From contig OZ024740.1 of assembly GCA_964016885.1 (NCBI GenBank), forward strand, positions 405,232,001 through 405,296,000: DNA of 64,000 bases, in the 5' to 3' direction. The stretch comes from Eledone cirrhosa (lineage: Eukaryota). The notes under the pieces were generated by a model, which was not told where the DNA came from, did not search any database, and was given only the letters and a program-made list of their open reading frames with translations. Position numbers and translations under genes: made by a program. Numbering within the stretch: position 1 is the first letter of the stretch; the number at the start of each line of letters is the position of its first letter. Shown here one piece after another: positions 51,202 to 62,838 of this stretch.

Positions 51202-51678
51202 ATACATGTATGTATATATATGTATATATATATATATGTACACACATATACATATACATGTATGTATATACATACATATGCATACATGTATATATATACA
51301 TACATACATGTATATATATACATACATATACATGTATATACATACATATACATATATCTATATACATACATATACATGTATGTATATATATGCATACATA
51401 TACATGTATGTATATATATATATACATACATGTATGTATATATACATACATGTATATATATACATACATATACATACATATATATATACATACATATACA
51501 TGTATATATATATATATACATACATATACATGTATATATATATATATATATACAAACATATACATGTATATATTTATATATACAAACATATACATGTATG
51601 TATATATATACAAACATATACCTCTATGTATACATATACATGTATATATACATACATATACATGTATGTATATATATG

Positions 51679-51710
<32 letters not shown>

Positions 51711-51716
51711 TGTATG

Positions 51717-51751
<35 letters not shown>

Positions 51752-52589
51752 ATACATATACATGTATGTATATATATGTATATATATATATATGTACACA
51801 CATATACATATACATGTATGTATATACATACATATGCATACATGTATATATATACATACATACATGTATATATATACATACATATACATGTATATACATA
51901 CATATACATATATCTATATTCATACATATACATGTATGTATATATATGCATACATATACATGTATGTATATATATATATACATACATGTATGTATATATA
52001 CATACATATACATACATATATATATACATACATATACATGTATATATATATATATACATACATATACATGTATATATATATATATATACAAACATATACA
52101 TGTATATATTTATATATACAAACATATACATGTATGTATATATATACAAACATATACATGTATGTATATATATATATATATATACATATTCATGTATGTA
52201 TATATATATATACATATTCATGTATGTATATATGTACATACATATACATGTATATATATATATATATATATACATACATATACATGTATATATATATATA
52301 CATGTATGTGTGTATATATATATATATACATACATACATATACATGTATATATAAATACATACATATACATGTATATATATATATACATACATATACATG
52401 TATATAATACATACATATACATGTATATATATATATATATACATGTATATATATATATATATACATGTATATATATATACATACATGTATATATATATAC
52501 ATACATATACATGAATACATATACATGTATATATATATATACATATACGTGAATATATATATACATGTATAAATACATACATATACATG

Positions 52590-52629
<40 letters not shown>

Positions 52630-53198
52630 TATACACACACATACATATAAATGTATGTATATACATACATATACATACATGTATAATATACATATATGTA
52701 TGTATATACATACATATACATACATGTATAATATACATACATGTATATATATATACATGCATATACATGTATGTATCTATATACATACATATACATGTAT
52801 ATATATACATACATATACATGTATATATATACATACATACATACATACATATATGTATATATACATACATGTATGTATTTTATATGCATACATATGTATA
52901 TATATACATACATATACATGTATATATATATACAAACATATACATGTATATATATATATATACAAACATATACATGTATATATATATATATACAAACATA
53001 TACATGTATGGATATATATACAAACATATACATATATGTATATATATACAAACATATACATGTATGTATATATATATGCATACATATACATGTATATATA
53101 CATATACATACATATACATGTATGTATATATATACATATATATATATATATATACATACATGTATATCTATATATATATATATACATACATGTATATA

Positions 53199-53266
<68 letters not shown>

Positions 53267-53277
53267 TACATACATAT
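48281..53277. repeat. Compound (TA)n microsatellite with TATG/TACATG/TACA interruptions
   Basis: ~5 kb of alternating TA with recurring GT/AC interruptions. Broken only by the short insert at 48661-48726. Confidence 0.97.
48661..48726 (+). mobile_element. 3' tail fragment of a SINE/LINE with a (GAT)n end
   Basis: CCGTCCAAACCATGCAAGCGTGGAACACGGACGTTAAACG followed by GAT repeats, with an internal stem-loop (CCATGC/GCGTGG). Resembles a common octopus retroposon tail from recall only. Confidence 0.6.
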
Positions 53278-53432
53278 TTTGCTTAATATTATCAAATGGG
53301 CTTCATCTTAGTGATCGCAATAAGTGGCTTCCACCTGATATATTTATAATTATATATAAGTTTATCCCAGGTTCAATCGGGGGTAACCACAGTAAGTAAG
53401 GTACTCAATACAAAGCAGACTATAAATATTTA

Positions 53433-53552
53433 ATATAGAAAGGCTTTTACAGGACTAGAACTGCTTCATTCTTGAGAAATCATCAGAAAGCCAGCTTCCC
53501 GATAATTTCTCTGGAATGAAACAGTTCTAGTCCTGTAGAAACCTTTCTATAT
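53433..53552. repeat. Imperfect inverted repeat (~58-bp arms) with a hammerhead-like motif in each arm
   Basis: ATAGAAAGG...CATCAGAAAG pairs with CTTCCCGAT...CCTTTCTAT. Confidence 0.9.
53444..53490 (-). ncRNA. Degenerate type I hammerhead ribozyme
   Basis: Minus strand reads CTTT-CTGATGA-TTTCTCAAGAAT-GAAG-CAG-TTCTAGTC-CTG-TA-AAAG. GAAA is mutated to GAAG here. The opposite arm keeps GAAA but has CCGATAA. Confidence 0.6.
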
Positions 53553-53569
53553 ATATATATATATATAAA

Positions 53570-53978
53570 TATATTTACGATATTAAATAAATGGAAACTA
53601 TATTTATAAAACCATATTTATTTCATTATATATATTTCAGGGATATCATATTAAAAATATGCTATGCCTTCCTCAGACAAAATACAATATAAACAGTTTT
53701 ATAAATAGATAGATTCGACATACCTTTCAACATCGACTTCAATTTGAAAAGTTGAATTGGTAGTCTACCAATTCTACCAATTGACTACCAATTCAACTTT
53801 TCAAATTGAAGTCGATGTTGAAAGGTATGTCGAATCTATCTATTTATAAGACTGTTTATATTGTATTTTGTCTGAGGAAGGCATAGCATATTTTTAATAT
53901 GATATCCCTGAAATATATATAATGAAATAAATATGGTTTTATAAATATAGTTTCCATTTATTTAATATCGTAAATATA
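53570..53978. repeat. Near-perfect inverted repeat, 196-bp arms (53570-53765 / 53783-53978), 17-bp spacer
   Basis: Arms are reverse complements. I noted one mismatch (CAGTTTT vs AAGACTG). Confidence 0.95.
53864..53929 (+). ncRNA. Type I hammerhead ribozyme candidate (mirror copy on the minus strand in the left arm)
   Basis: Stem I TATTTTGT/ATGAAATA, core CTGAGGA (53872-78), stem II hairpin including CATATT-TTT-AATATG, GAAA (53910-13), palindromic stem III AT-ATAT-AT, cleavage triplet AUA (53919-21). Confidence 0.7.
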
Positions 53979-54232
53979 CTCCAAATACTTGTTGAGTGCT
54001 TTTATATCAGTTATAAATATTTACTCGTTGTTAACCCAACAATTTAAAGAAAACTTTGCATATAAATATATATATATATTTATTAAAATAACAGATTAAA
54101 GTTTAAGCAAAGAATTGCTTTCACCCTTATTATTTGCTCTAGGGTTCTTATATATTTGATATATATTTATCCTTATCGAGCCCTCTTTGGATTTTAGTCT
54201 TCACATTTATTACTATATATATATACATATAT

Positions 54233-54337
54233 ATAGGAAAATGTTCAGGACCCTGACGGCAGAGCTCAAGCCGTTTTGACGGCTAAGCCGTCGAAACGGC
54301 TTGAGCTCTGCCGTTGGGGTCCTGAACCTTTTCCTAT
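54233..54337. repeat. GC-rich palindrome centred at 54285, containing the 3' half of a hammerhead
   Basis: ATAGGAAAA...GACGGCT-A-AGCCGTC...TTTTCCTAT. The right arm reads GAAA-CGGC-TTGAGCTCT-GCCG-TT. The left arm's minus strand has GTC at the cleavage position. Confidence 0.9.
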
Positions 54338-54789
54338 TACCCTCTCTACTATCCAAAGTTCCGAGTACTCTGGTGCATTATTGTCCACCTGATTCCTTAC
54401 CTCACTTCCTTTGTTTTATATATATATATATCTATATATATATACATACACATACATATGTGTTGTTTTTTGTATTCCAAAATATTTCACCATGCTTACA
54501 CATCTGTCTATGTATCCGACCTGGATTTACCTACCTTGGATTAACATCACCACCAATCCACCAGTCTTCTCTCATAGAATCTTCATCACAGCTCAACACC
54601 GCTACAATCCACCGTGATCCACTTCTTGACTTTCATTGAGAAAACTTTTTCTCTTTCTGATTTTTTTTTGTTTACGATTTTTTTAGACATCTTTTTTTTT
54701 TTTTTTTTTTTTTTGTGACAGCTTTTTTTTTTTCCAATTATCTTACCTGTTTCTGTTTCTTCCTATTTTTCTGATTTTCTGACCTCCAA

Positions 54790-56180
54790 TTTTTTCCTCA
54801 TTGCATTGATTCACTTCCCTTTCATAATACCCCTCTCGTATTCTCCTCCACACTCCCCTTCCTTTCCACTCTGCCACCGTTCCCTTTTGTTTTTCGACCA
54901 CTGCCTCCACCATCTCCACCTTGTCCCCCATGGCTTCCGACTCCACTTCCACACACTCCCCTCTCTGCACCACCCTCCATCCAACACATTCTCACCCACT
55001 CCACGCGTCTCCTCATGCACGTCTCACTCCGTTCCTCCCTATCCACCATCCGCAACCTCGACCATATACTCCACCTCCGCTCCACCTGTCACCCCCTCCT
55101 CGCCCACTCTATCATGCTCTTCATCCATAACTTCAACCACATTCTCTTCTCCTTCCTCACGTCCACTAAGCTCCACAAGCTCAACTCACTCCTTGCCCCA
55201 ACCACCATCCCCCACCAACTCCTCGCTTCTACTGCCCCATATCCGCCGACCCTACTACCAGCAACAAGTTTCCTCCACCATCCAACACCATCTTCGCCCC
55301 CTCGTCACCGCCCTCCCCTCCTACATCTCCGACACCAACCACGCCCTCCCCCTTTTTGACTCCCTCACTTTCCCACCCTCTCCTCTTCACCTTAGATATA
55401 ACATCCCTCTATACGGTCATCCCCCACGCTGATGGCCTATTCGCCCTCCGGCACTACCTCGACCTTTGCCTCTTGACCAACAGGTCACTGGAGTAGCCAT
55501 GGGCACAAGAATGGGTCCTAACTATGCCAACCTTTTCATTGGCCATGTTGAGGCCCAAATCTTTGCCCAATACACTGGTCCCACCCCCGAACTCTACTGT
55601 CATTATCTTGACGACTGTATCAGGGCCACCACCCTCACCCAAGAACAGCTCGACTATGCTCCTTCCACCCCTCCGGATCAGCCACTTTTGCAGCCGAGAT
55701 GCTGACTTCGAGACCCAGGCTTTTTCTCTGGTCCGCCATTTTATCCACCCACACACTGACATCCTACTAACACCGCCACTAATATACCCCCCCCCCACAC
55801 ACACACACAACACCCTCCCCAACTTTTCACACTGACCTCACCTCCTCTCATGTCCACCACACCTTCACACACACATACTTACACACATGCCACTCACTCA
55901 CACACACCTGCCAGCTATCTCTTTTCCCACTACTATCAGCGATGCTACTACCTCTCACCAGCCTGTTATGCTGGCCCCACTTCCTCCCCTCCCTCTCACA
56001 CATTGTCCTGCCAGCTCCACCCTCCCCCGACCCCTTGACTTGACCATCTTGCCCACTTCCTGTTGCTTGCGCCCCATAACATTCCACTTCATGCTCACCA
56101 TTCCTATGGACCCTACCACAAGGGCTTACACCCTCCAATACCAATACGATTCCAGCTTGGAACCGTGCCATCACTGATAC
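54790..56180 (+). pseudogene. Degraded Penelope-like retroelement ORF: RT, with a possible GIY-YIG C-terminal remnant
   Basis: Frameshifted pieces LRPLVTALPSYISDTNHAL, ITSLYTVIPHADGLFALRHYLD, QVTGVAMGTRMGPNYANLFIGHVE...YCHYLDDCI (PLE-type RT motifs), RISHFCSRDADF (thumb-like) and IRFQLGTVP (endonuclease tail-like). Internal deletions present. Ends approximate. Confidence 0.8.
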
Positions 56181-56274
56181 ACACACATCGACAACCATTC
56201 AGAAACTTAGATACACACACACACTCACAACCATACATTTCACACGAACTCACATCACCCTCTCTCCACGCACG

Positions 56275-56282
<8 letters not shown>

Positions 56283-56328
<46 letters not shown>
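56283..56328. repeat. (CA)n microsatellite
   Basis: Pure CA run. Confidence 0.97.
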
Positions 56329-56330
<2 letters not shown>

Positions 56331-57441
56331 TTAGACGATAGACGAAATCCGAGCAGTTGATGCTAGAACTCGAAAAATACTAAAGAGCACCGGAAACTTC
56401 CACATCAACAGTGACATAGACTGCCTTTACTTGAAACGTAAGCAGGGAGGAAGAGGCCTAACATTAGTCCAGACAGCATTTGAATGTTGCATCATATCCC
56501 TCCGACAACATCTATGAACCTCGAAGCGTAGGAGCACGTCTCTCAAGCAAGTCTATCTGCATGAAACAGATAAGATCATGAGTTGGGAAGGAACTCCTCA
56601 AGAGATATTCCCTGTGTGATAATCAAAAACTCACACCCAGGGAAGTCGCTCAGCAGTATCGAAGTGAATCCATGGATGAAAAACTGCATGCTTATCAGCA
56701 AAAACTCATGCATGGATATGTTGCCAGGAAGCTCCAGAGTGAGAGTAATATAGATAAGGAAAGTAGTCTATCTTGGACCAACAACCGCTATATTGGCTCC
56801 CACTTTGAAGGATACGCTTTTGCAATTCAAGAACAGGAATTTAACACGAAATACCTGATTCACAAAACACCTAGATGTGATAACAAGTGCAGACTCTGCA
56901 GAATTAACATCGAAGATGTCACTCATGTCATCAGCAGCTGTCCAAAGATGTCATCGCGGTACTATCTACCCATGAGGCATGATGTAGTGGCCAAAACACT
57001 GTACAATGTAATCCGTAGAAAAGATAGCCCCGATAATAAACACATTAAAAGCTACAGCAATGTGGAAGACATCCATATACATAATATGAAAGAGTACTGG
57101 TGGAATGTTCCAGTAAAAACCCAATAAAATGCAGGCATAACAGACCAGATATTATGATATGGGACAGGGAGAAGAAAACATGTACAGTAGTGGAAATTAG
57201 CTGCCCAACAGATGCCAATATAATATCAAAGATTAGCGAAAAGGAGAATATCTATGCAGAACTGATGAGAAATCTGCAGATACTCCACCCTGATTACACT
57301 TTCAAATTTATGCCTGTGATTATTGGGGCACTGGGGTATGTTAGTAACTGCCTCAATACAAATCTAGTTAGGAAATTACAAGTACAATCCATTAATGGAA
57401 CAGTAAAAATATGTAAAACATTCCAAAAATGTTGCATCTAA
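56329..57441 (+). mobile_element. 5'-truncated R4/Dong-clade non-LTR retrotransposon: post-RT region, CCHC zinc knuckle and restriction-like endonuclease, disrupted
   Basis: DARTRKIL...FHINSDIDCLYLKRKQGGRGL; CRLC-x8-H-x4-C; RHD; RPDIMIWD...VVEISCP...EKENIY...PVIIGALG. In-frame stops and a frameshift near 57120. Confidence 0.88.
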
Positions 57442-57649
57442 TAAATGCATATATACATGTACAGATGCAAAGCATATACACATGCACACATACAACTCAA
57501 CACATACACATCCACACATACAATAACATCCATACCTATACATGCATACATATCTACCTAGTTGACGGTGTGTAAATTCCAATGTGAGAGTCTTGTCTGT
57601 TAGAAACCGACCCTCTCTATTGGTAAAAATTTGTGAAATTATAAAATCA

Positions 57650-57950
57650 GAACACACATACACGCACGCACACACACACTTACACACACATACGCATACA
57701 CACATACATACACGCACACATACGCACACACATACATACGCACACACATACATACGCACACACATACATACGCGCACACATACATACACGCACACATACA
57801 TACACGCACACATACATACACACACACACACATACATACACACACGTACACACACGCACATACACACATACACACGCACACACATACATACACATGCACA
57901 CACACACGCACACACATCAACACACACATACATACACATATATATATATA
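57650..57950. repeat. Compound CA/CATA/CACG microsatellite
   Basis: Read directly. Confidence 0.9.
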
Positions 57951-57960
57951 ATCTCATTGC

Positions 57961-58022
57961 AAAGTACCAGTAATACACTGGGATAATTGCTGGCCTTGTG
58001 CCAAAAGTATAAACAATTATAT
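57961..58022 (+). mobile_element. Internally deleted 3' fragment of a tRNA-derived SINE
   Basis: AAGTACCAGT...ACTGGG joined to AATTGCTGGCCTTGTGCCAAAA. Matches my recollection of the 3' part of the SINE family at 59.8 kb. Confidence 0.5.
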
Positions 58023-59754
58023 TTAAGGTTTTGTCACCAATATTTCTTAAGTTTTTTTTTTATTTAAAGCCATCTTTCTTTCTGATATCAAAATACTATT
58101 TGAAGATGAATTAATGGAAGGTTTTTATATGCACACACAAATACACACTGTGAGTTTTTCTTTTTATAATTTCTAGCAAACAAATATTCAATATTTCTAC
58201 AAGATAGAAACTGTTTCCCTAATAGCTTTCAAAAAAATATACCTTGAATTTGAAATGATCTTTGAAACTATTTGTTACAGAAAATACAGAGCTTTCTGAT
58301 CTTGTGAGCTACAAGATGTATGAATCTAAGCTTGATACTATATCATCGGGTTCATGTATTGCATGCAGTTCAGTTTAAAGATACATTATAACATGGTTGT
58401 TTATATTGTTATGGATGCAAAAATTATGACACAAAATGTTTCTCTTGATTATCCCCAGTTAGTGGCAGTGGTTAAGTTTTTTTCCATAATCATATGCAAT
58501 TTTAGCTCTGTCACAGTCATCTCTCATGGCTTGAGCATTTTCAGCTGCTTCATAGATTTGCACATTATGTAGAGTTAATGCTTAACTTCACATTATGTGG
58601 ACTTAATGCTACACAAAAAAGTTCTCTCTGAAGCTTTGATAACTATTTGATTCTTTTCACATTTGCTGCATATGCCACTTGCAAGTAAGTCAGAGCTTAT
58701 ATTAAATTTATGGGCAAAGATATCCTAGTATAGCCAATAATTTAGTGTTAACATATAGATCAGGTTATCAACCAAACATGCCCTATGCATTGTTGTAATG
58801 GTGGGAGATTATTCTAGATATTTTTTATGCTAATTTCTTGCAGTGTTATAATGACTCCTGAAAACAATTTTTTATGACTTCAGAAATCTTTTGGTTACTG
58901 TTATGCTTGTCCTGCTTATCTTCTAAGGAATTGAAAATATTCTTTCGTCTTGCTTCTTTAATGTCATATAACTCAAGAAAAGCAGCCTTTCATAGAGTTA
59001 TAGTATTCCATTACAGAGTAAGGCAATATGTATTAGTTACCGTTTCTCCGGCATTCTCTTTATGAAGATGTTGAAGGATCTTTGCAGCTGGAATATGAGG
59101 CATTGTGGATGTGTTACTGATTTATTTATTTTTTTTATGAATGATTTCAGAAAGCCTGTCTTTTCATTATTAATGATTTTGTAGTAACACCGACATAGAC
59201 ATTCTACTGCAGTCTGAGATTGTTCAATATCTTCATCACTGTAAATAATGTTGCCTTTCTTCTCTAACAAATAGTTTGATAGTTGCCACTTATCAGTTAT
59301 GGCAATACTGTGTGATCAATATCAAATACAGTCAAATGATGGATTTTGAGGGGAAAAAAGAGTATGTGAACATCCACCACTTTTCTAAAATATCTACATG
59401 TATCTACAGGGACTTGTTTACACATGAGCCCATACACTACTAAGTGAAAAAAACCACGACACTACACCAACGCTAGGTAGGGTTATGTTCTTGACACAGC
59501 TGAAGAGTGCTCCCACCTTTTGTTTTCTATGCCAACCATTTTACAGAGGGTACTGAGTGCATTTATCATGTAAGGAGTTTAACATACACATTCATTCAAT
59601 GTGTCATATGTTCAGCTGATCAAATAACTTAATCTTTATTGTCAAAACTGACGGTGTTATCTTCATCATCAGAAATATATGTGACTAGAGGAAAAACATT
59701 AGTCAATGAAATATATCATTTTATATTGATATTATTGGATCTATTGACTGACAC

Positions 59755-59896
59755 ATAAGAAGGCTGGATAGAATACTTTGCAGTATTTGTACTGGCTCTC
59801 TATGCACTCTGGGTTCAAATCACACCAAGGACAACTTTGCCTTTTATTCTTTCAAGGTCGATAAAAAAAATGTGTCAGTTTAGAACTATGGTCGAG
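59755..59896 (+). mobile_element. Diverged tRNA-derived SINE (octopus-type)
   Basis: B-box-like GGGTTCAAATC followed by the core ACAACTTTGCCTTTTATTCTTTCAAGGTCGATAAAA. Family assignment from recall. Confidence 0.65.
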
Positions 59897-60546
59897 TCTT
59901 CCTCTATATCTCTCTTTCTTTCCCTCCTTCTCTGGAAGAAATCAAATGTGTTCAAACTTGGTGAGGGGATGGGCTCTACCAGATTTAAAGTGACCATGAC
60001 CGGCTGTATGTCATGACAGCACTCCTATGGCTCCAAGAGTCAGATTCATACACATATATACATTTATTTGAACTAATAAATGTAGAATATTCTGCATTTA
60101 CTTAATGATTTATCCCTACTTAAGCAAGTGCAGCAAAGGCTAAATTTTGCTGATAAGAACAAAATAAGACCAAAACATGTCTTATGTTGTCTCTCGTACT
60201 TGCTGGAAAATTGTGTGAAGAATTGACTAATATTGTTTTTTAATCACTTCATATATATAATTCTGGTTAAATTATTAGTGCTCCAGATATCATTTTAACA
60301 TACCTTTTGTTTTTCATACTGATGAAATGTCTGAAATATTTTTTTTAGGTAGTTCTATTTTCCTATTCCCATAACTATAACCAAAGACGGTATTATCTTG
60401 TTGCTTTTACTTTTTAAAATACAGTAAAGACTGTTTTGCTGATGAGATCATGAATAGCAGACATCTGTCATTTCTAGCAATGTGATAGGACCAGCATTAA
60501 TCATCAACTACCAGTACATGTAGTTGTTTCATCTAGTGTCATCTCT

Positions 60547-61380
60547 TCAAAGTTTCAGTGTTCTTTGTATTTTATTGCCATTCCACGATGTAGAGAGGAA
60601 TGTTATGTAGTTCAGTCTTTGATTACTTATAGCAACACATGTGGTTTGATACTCAAATTTACCATTTCTCTCCTCAACATATCTTTGGAATAAAGCTTTT
60701 ATTTCCTTCTTGGGAACCATGTAATAGAAAGTAAGGTGTGCAGTTTTGTGGCAGTCTTGCAACTTGTCCAGTTCACCAGTCAGATTAACAGCTAGAAGCA
60801 ACTGAGATCTAGTGAGGGTAAATAATTCTTCATTTGTCATCTTGTCTTTCAAAGCTATCCCAATGGTGTCTTATGTGAAATTCTATAAGTTGATTCTCTT
60901 GATAACAATAAGTCACCAACATTATGCACCATATAACAAAACACTAAATACACAGGTCCCATACACTCTTATCCTTGTTTTCAACATGAGAAATTTGTTC
61001 CCCTACAGCCTCTTTGTAAGATGGCTGAAGACAATTTCTGCCTTCCCTAATCTGGTTGAAATTTCAATATCCAGTTAGTTGTTTTGACATCATAGTTAAT
61101 CCAAGATAAGTGAATTTGTCAACACTTTCTAGTGTAATGCCATCAGTCATAAATTGATGACTATTTCCAAACTAAGACACAATAACTGTCTTCTTCAAGT
61201 TGGTGAGTCCAAAGTGTTTGCAAGATCTGGAGAAACAGTTGTGAAATTCTTGAAGCTGATCAACAGAAGCAGGTGACATGACAGAAAAAAGCTGCCATCA
61301 GTATATGGAAATACTTGACTACAGGCTTTTCTGTTTTAATTATTCCCTCACCAAGATCTGAATAAGGCTAAAACATGCTG
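60547..61380 (-). mobile_element. Decayed RTE-clade LINE RT/C-terminal fragment
   Basis: Minus-strand pieces across frameshifts: FSRSCKHFGLTNLKKTVI, LESVDKFTYLG and KDKMTNEELF. These match typical RTE ORF segments. Confidence 0.7.
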
Positions 61381-61815
61381 GTATGGGTCCCCCATGTCAG
61401 ATTTAATTGATATCTAAACAATTCTATTTTCTTACACCAATAAATCTACAGTTTTGTTACATTTAGTGATTTCTTTATCACTATTTCAGCAAGTATGTCA
61501 AAGATTGTTTCACTGATAAAGCCAGAATAACATTTAACCATGTCGGGAGTCTCTGGAGTTGCTACTTATAGATTTTGAAAAAGATTCAAGCTATTGGTTC
61601 TTATGTAATATCATTTCTATTTTTACCATGTATGTATATATACACACACTAGTAAACTAAGGTAGAATACAATAACCAAAACACGAAAACACATCAAACA
61701 CTATAAACACACGCAAACGCATGCGCAGAGAAGAAGACATAAATAAATAAATAAATAAACAGATTAAATAAAGATGGCGTAGACATACAATACAACAGGC
61801 GAAAACATAATAGCA

Positions 61816-61855
61816 CCACTGAGGATGTTGCAGATGTGCAACGAAAGAACTTTGT
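61816..61855 (+). ncRNA. Minimal hammerhead-like motif
   Basis: CCA-CTGAGGA-T-GTTGCA-GATG-TGCAAC-GAAA-GAACTT-TGT. Intact core boxes and a perfect 6-bp stem II. Stems I and III are weak. Confidence 0.55.
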
Positions 61856-62056
61856 TAGACTATATATATGTGTTTGTGTCTATATTATATCTGTATTTTT
61901 GACCGTTGGTTAGTCAATGGCAAACATTGAGGACCGAATAAATTAAATTAACTGATATAAAAGATACAGAAGCAAAAACCAACCAAACAGTGAGTGTGTT
62001 CTGTGATTAATTCTGGCAATATTATTACAACAATATGACCCTCCACAAGTATAACT

Positions 62057-62460
62057 ATATATATATGTATATATATATATACATATAGATATATATATAT
62101 ATATATAAGTATATATATATATATATAAGTATATATATATATATATAAATATATATATATATAAGTATATATATATATATATAAGTATATATATATATAT
62201 ATAAGTATATATATATATATAAGTATATATATATATATATAAGTATATATATATATATAAGTATATATATATATATATAATTATATATATATAGGTATAA
62301 GTATATATATATAAGTATAAGTATATATATATAAGTATAAGTATATATATATAAGTATAAGTATATATATATAAGTATAAGTATATATATATAAGTATAA
62401 GTATATATATATATATATATAAGTATATATATATATATATATAAGTTTATATATATATAT
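62057..62460. repeat. (TA)n with periodic AAG interruptions (TATAAG-type)
   Basis: Read directly. Confidence 0.95.
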
Positions 62461-62620
62461 AGTATTTACGTATCGAGAAAGAGACAAAAAGGGGAGATAG
62501 GTGATACATATAGTTATTTGCCAAGTAGCGTATGCCAAAGGTGCTCGATACTAGTGCCGGCAGTATTAAATATTCGAAGTGTTAATATTTAGTGGGCTAG
62601 AGAGTTAGCAGAGCGTAAGC

Positions 62621-62838
62621 ACGTGGGAAAGTAAAAAATCGGAGAATAGACCGTTAAAACATGTTTATTTAAAATATCACCTACGTACGTTTCGCCCAGT
62701 TGGGCTTCTGAAGGGCATAAATAATCACATGTGATTATTTATGCCCTTCAGAAGCCCAACTGTGCGAAACGTACGTAGGTGATATTTTAAATAAACATGT
62801 TTTAACGGTCTATTCTCCGATTTTTTACTTACCCACGT
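62621..62838. repeat. Spacerless 218-bp palindrome centred on CACATGTG, with a hammerhead-like motif in each arm
   Basis: Arms are reverse complementary with two mismatches noted. Motif: GCC-CTTCAGA-A-GCCC-AACT-GGGC-GAAA-C-GTAC-GTA-GGT. Confidence 0.95.

Noticed and set aside
47949-53399. Numerous YI/YM/HI-rich ORFs
   Set aside because: Translations of (TA)n microsatellite.
57376-57978. CV/HT-rich ORFs
   Set aside because: Translations of CA microsatellite.
58340-59290. Possible DNA-transposon (hAT-like) remnant on the minus strand, with a small direct repeat near 58561-58610
   Set aside because: Only a faint SERTF-like peptide amid many stops. Cannot be supported without a profile search.
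59500-59520. CTGAAGA boxes here and at ~63410-63416 (minus strand)
   Set aside because: No stem II followed by GAAA, so not called as hammerheads.
59990-60048. Resemblance to an RTE/BovB-type 3' tail (CAAGAGTCAGA)
   Set aside because: Too short and diverged to call.
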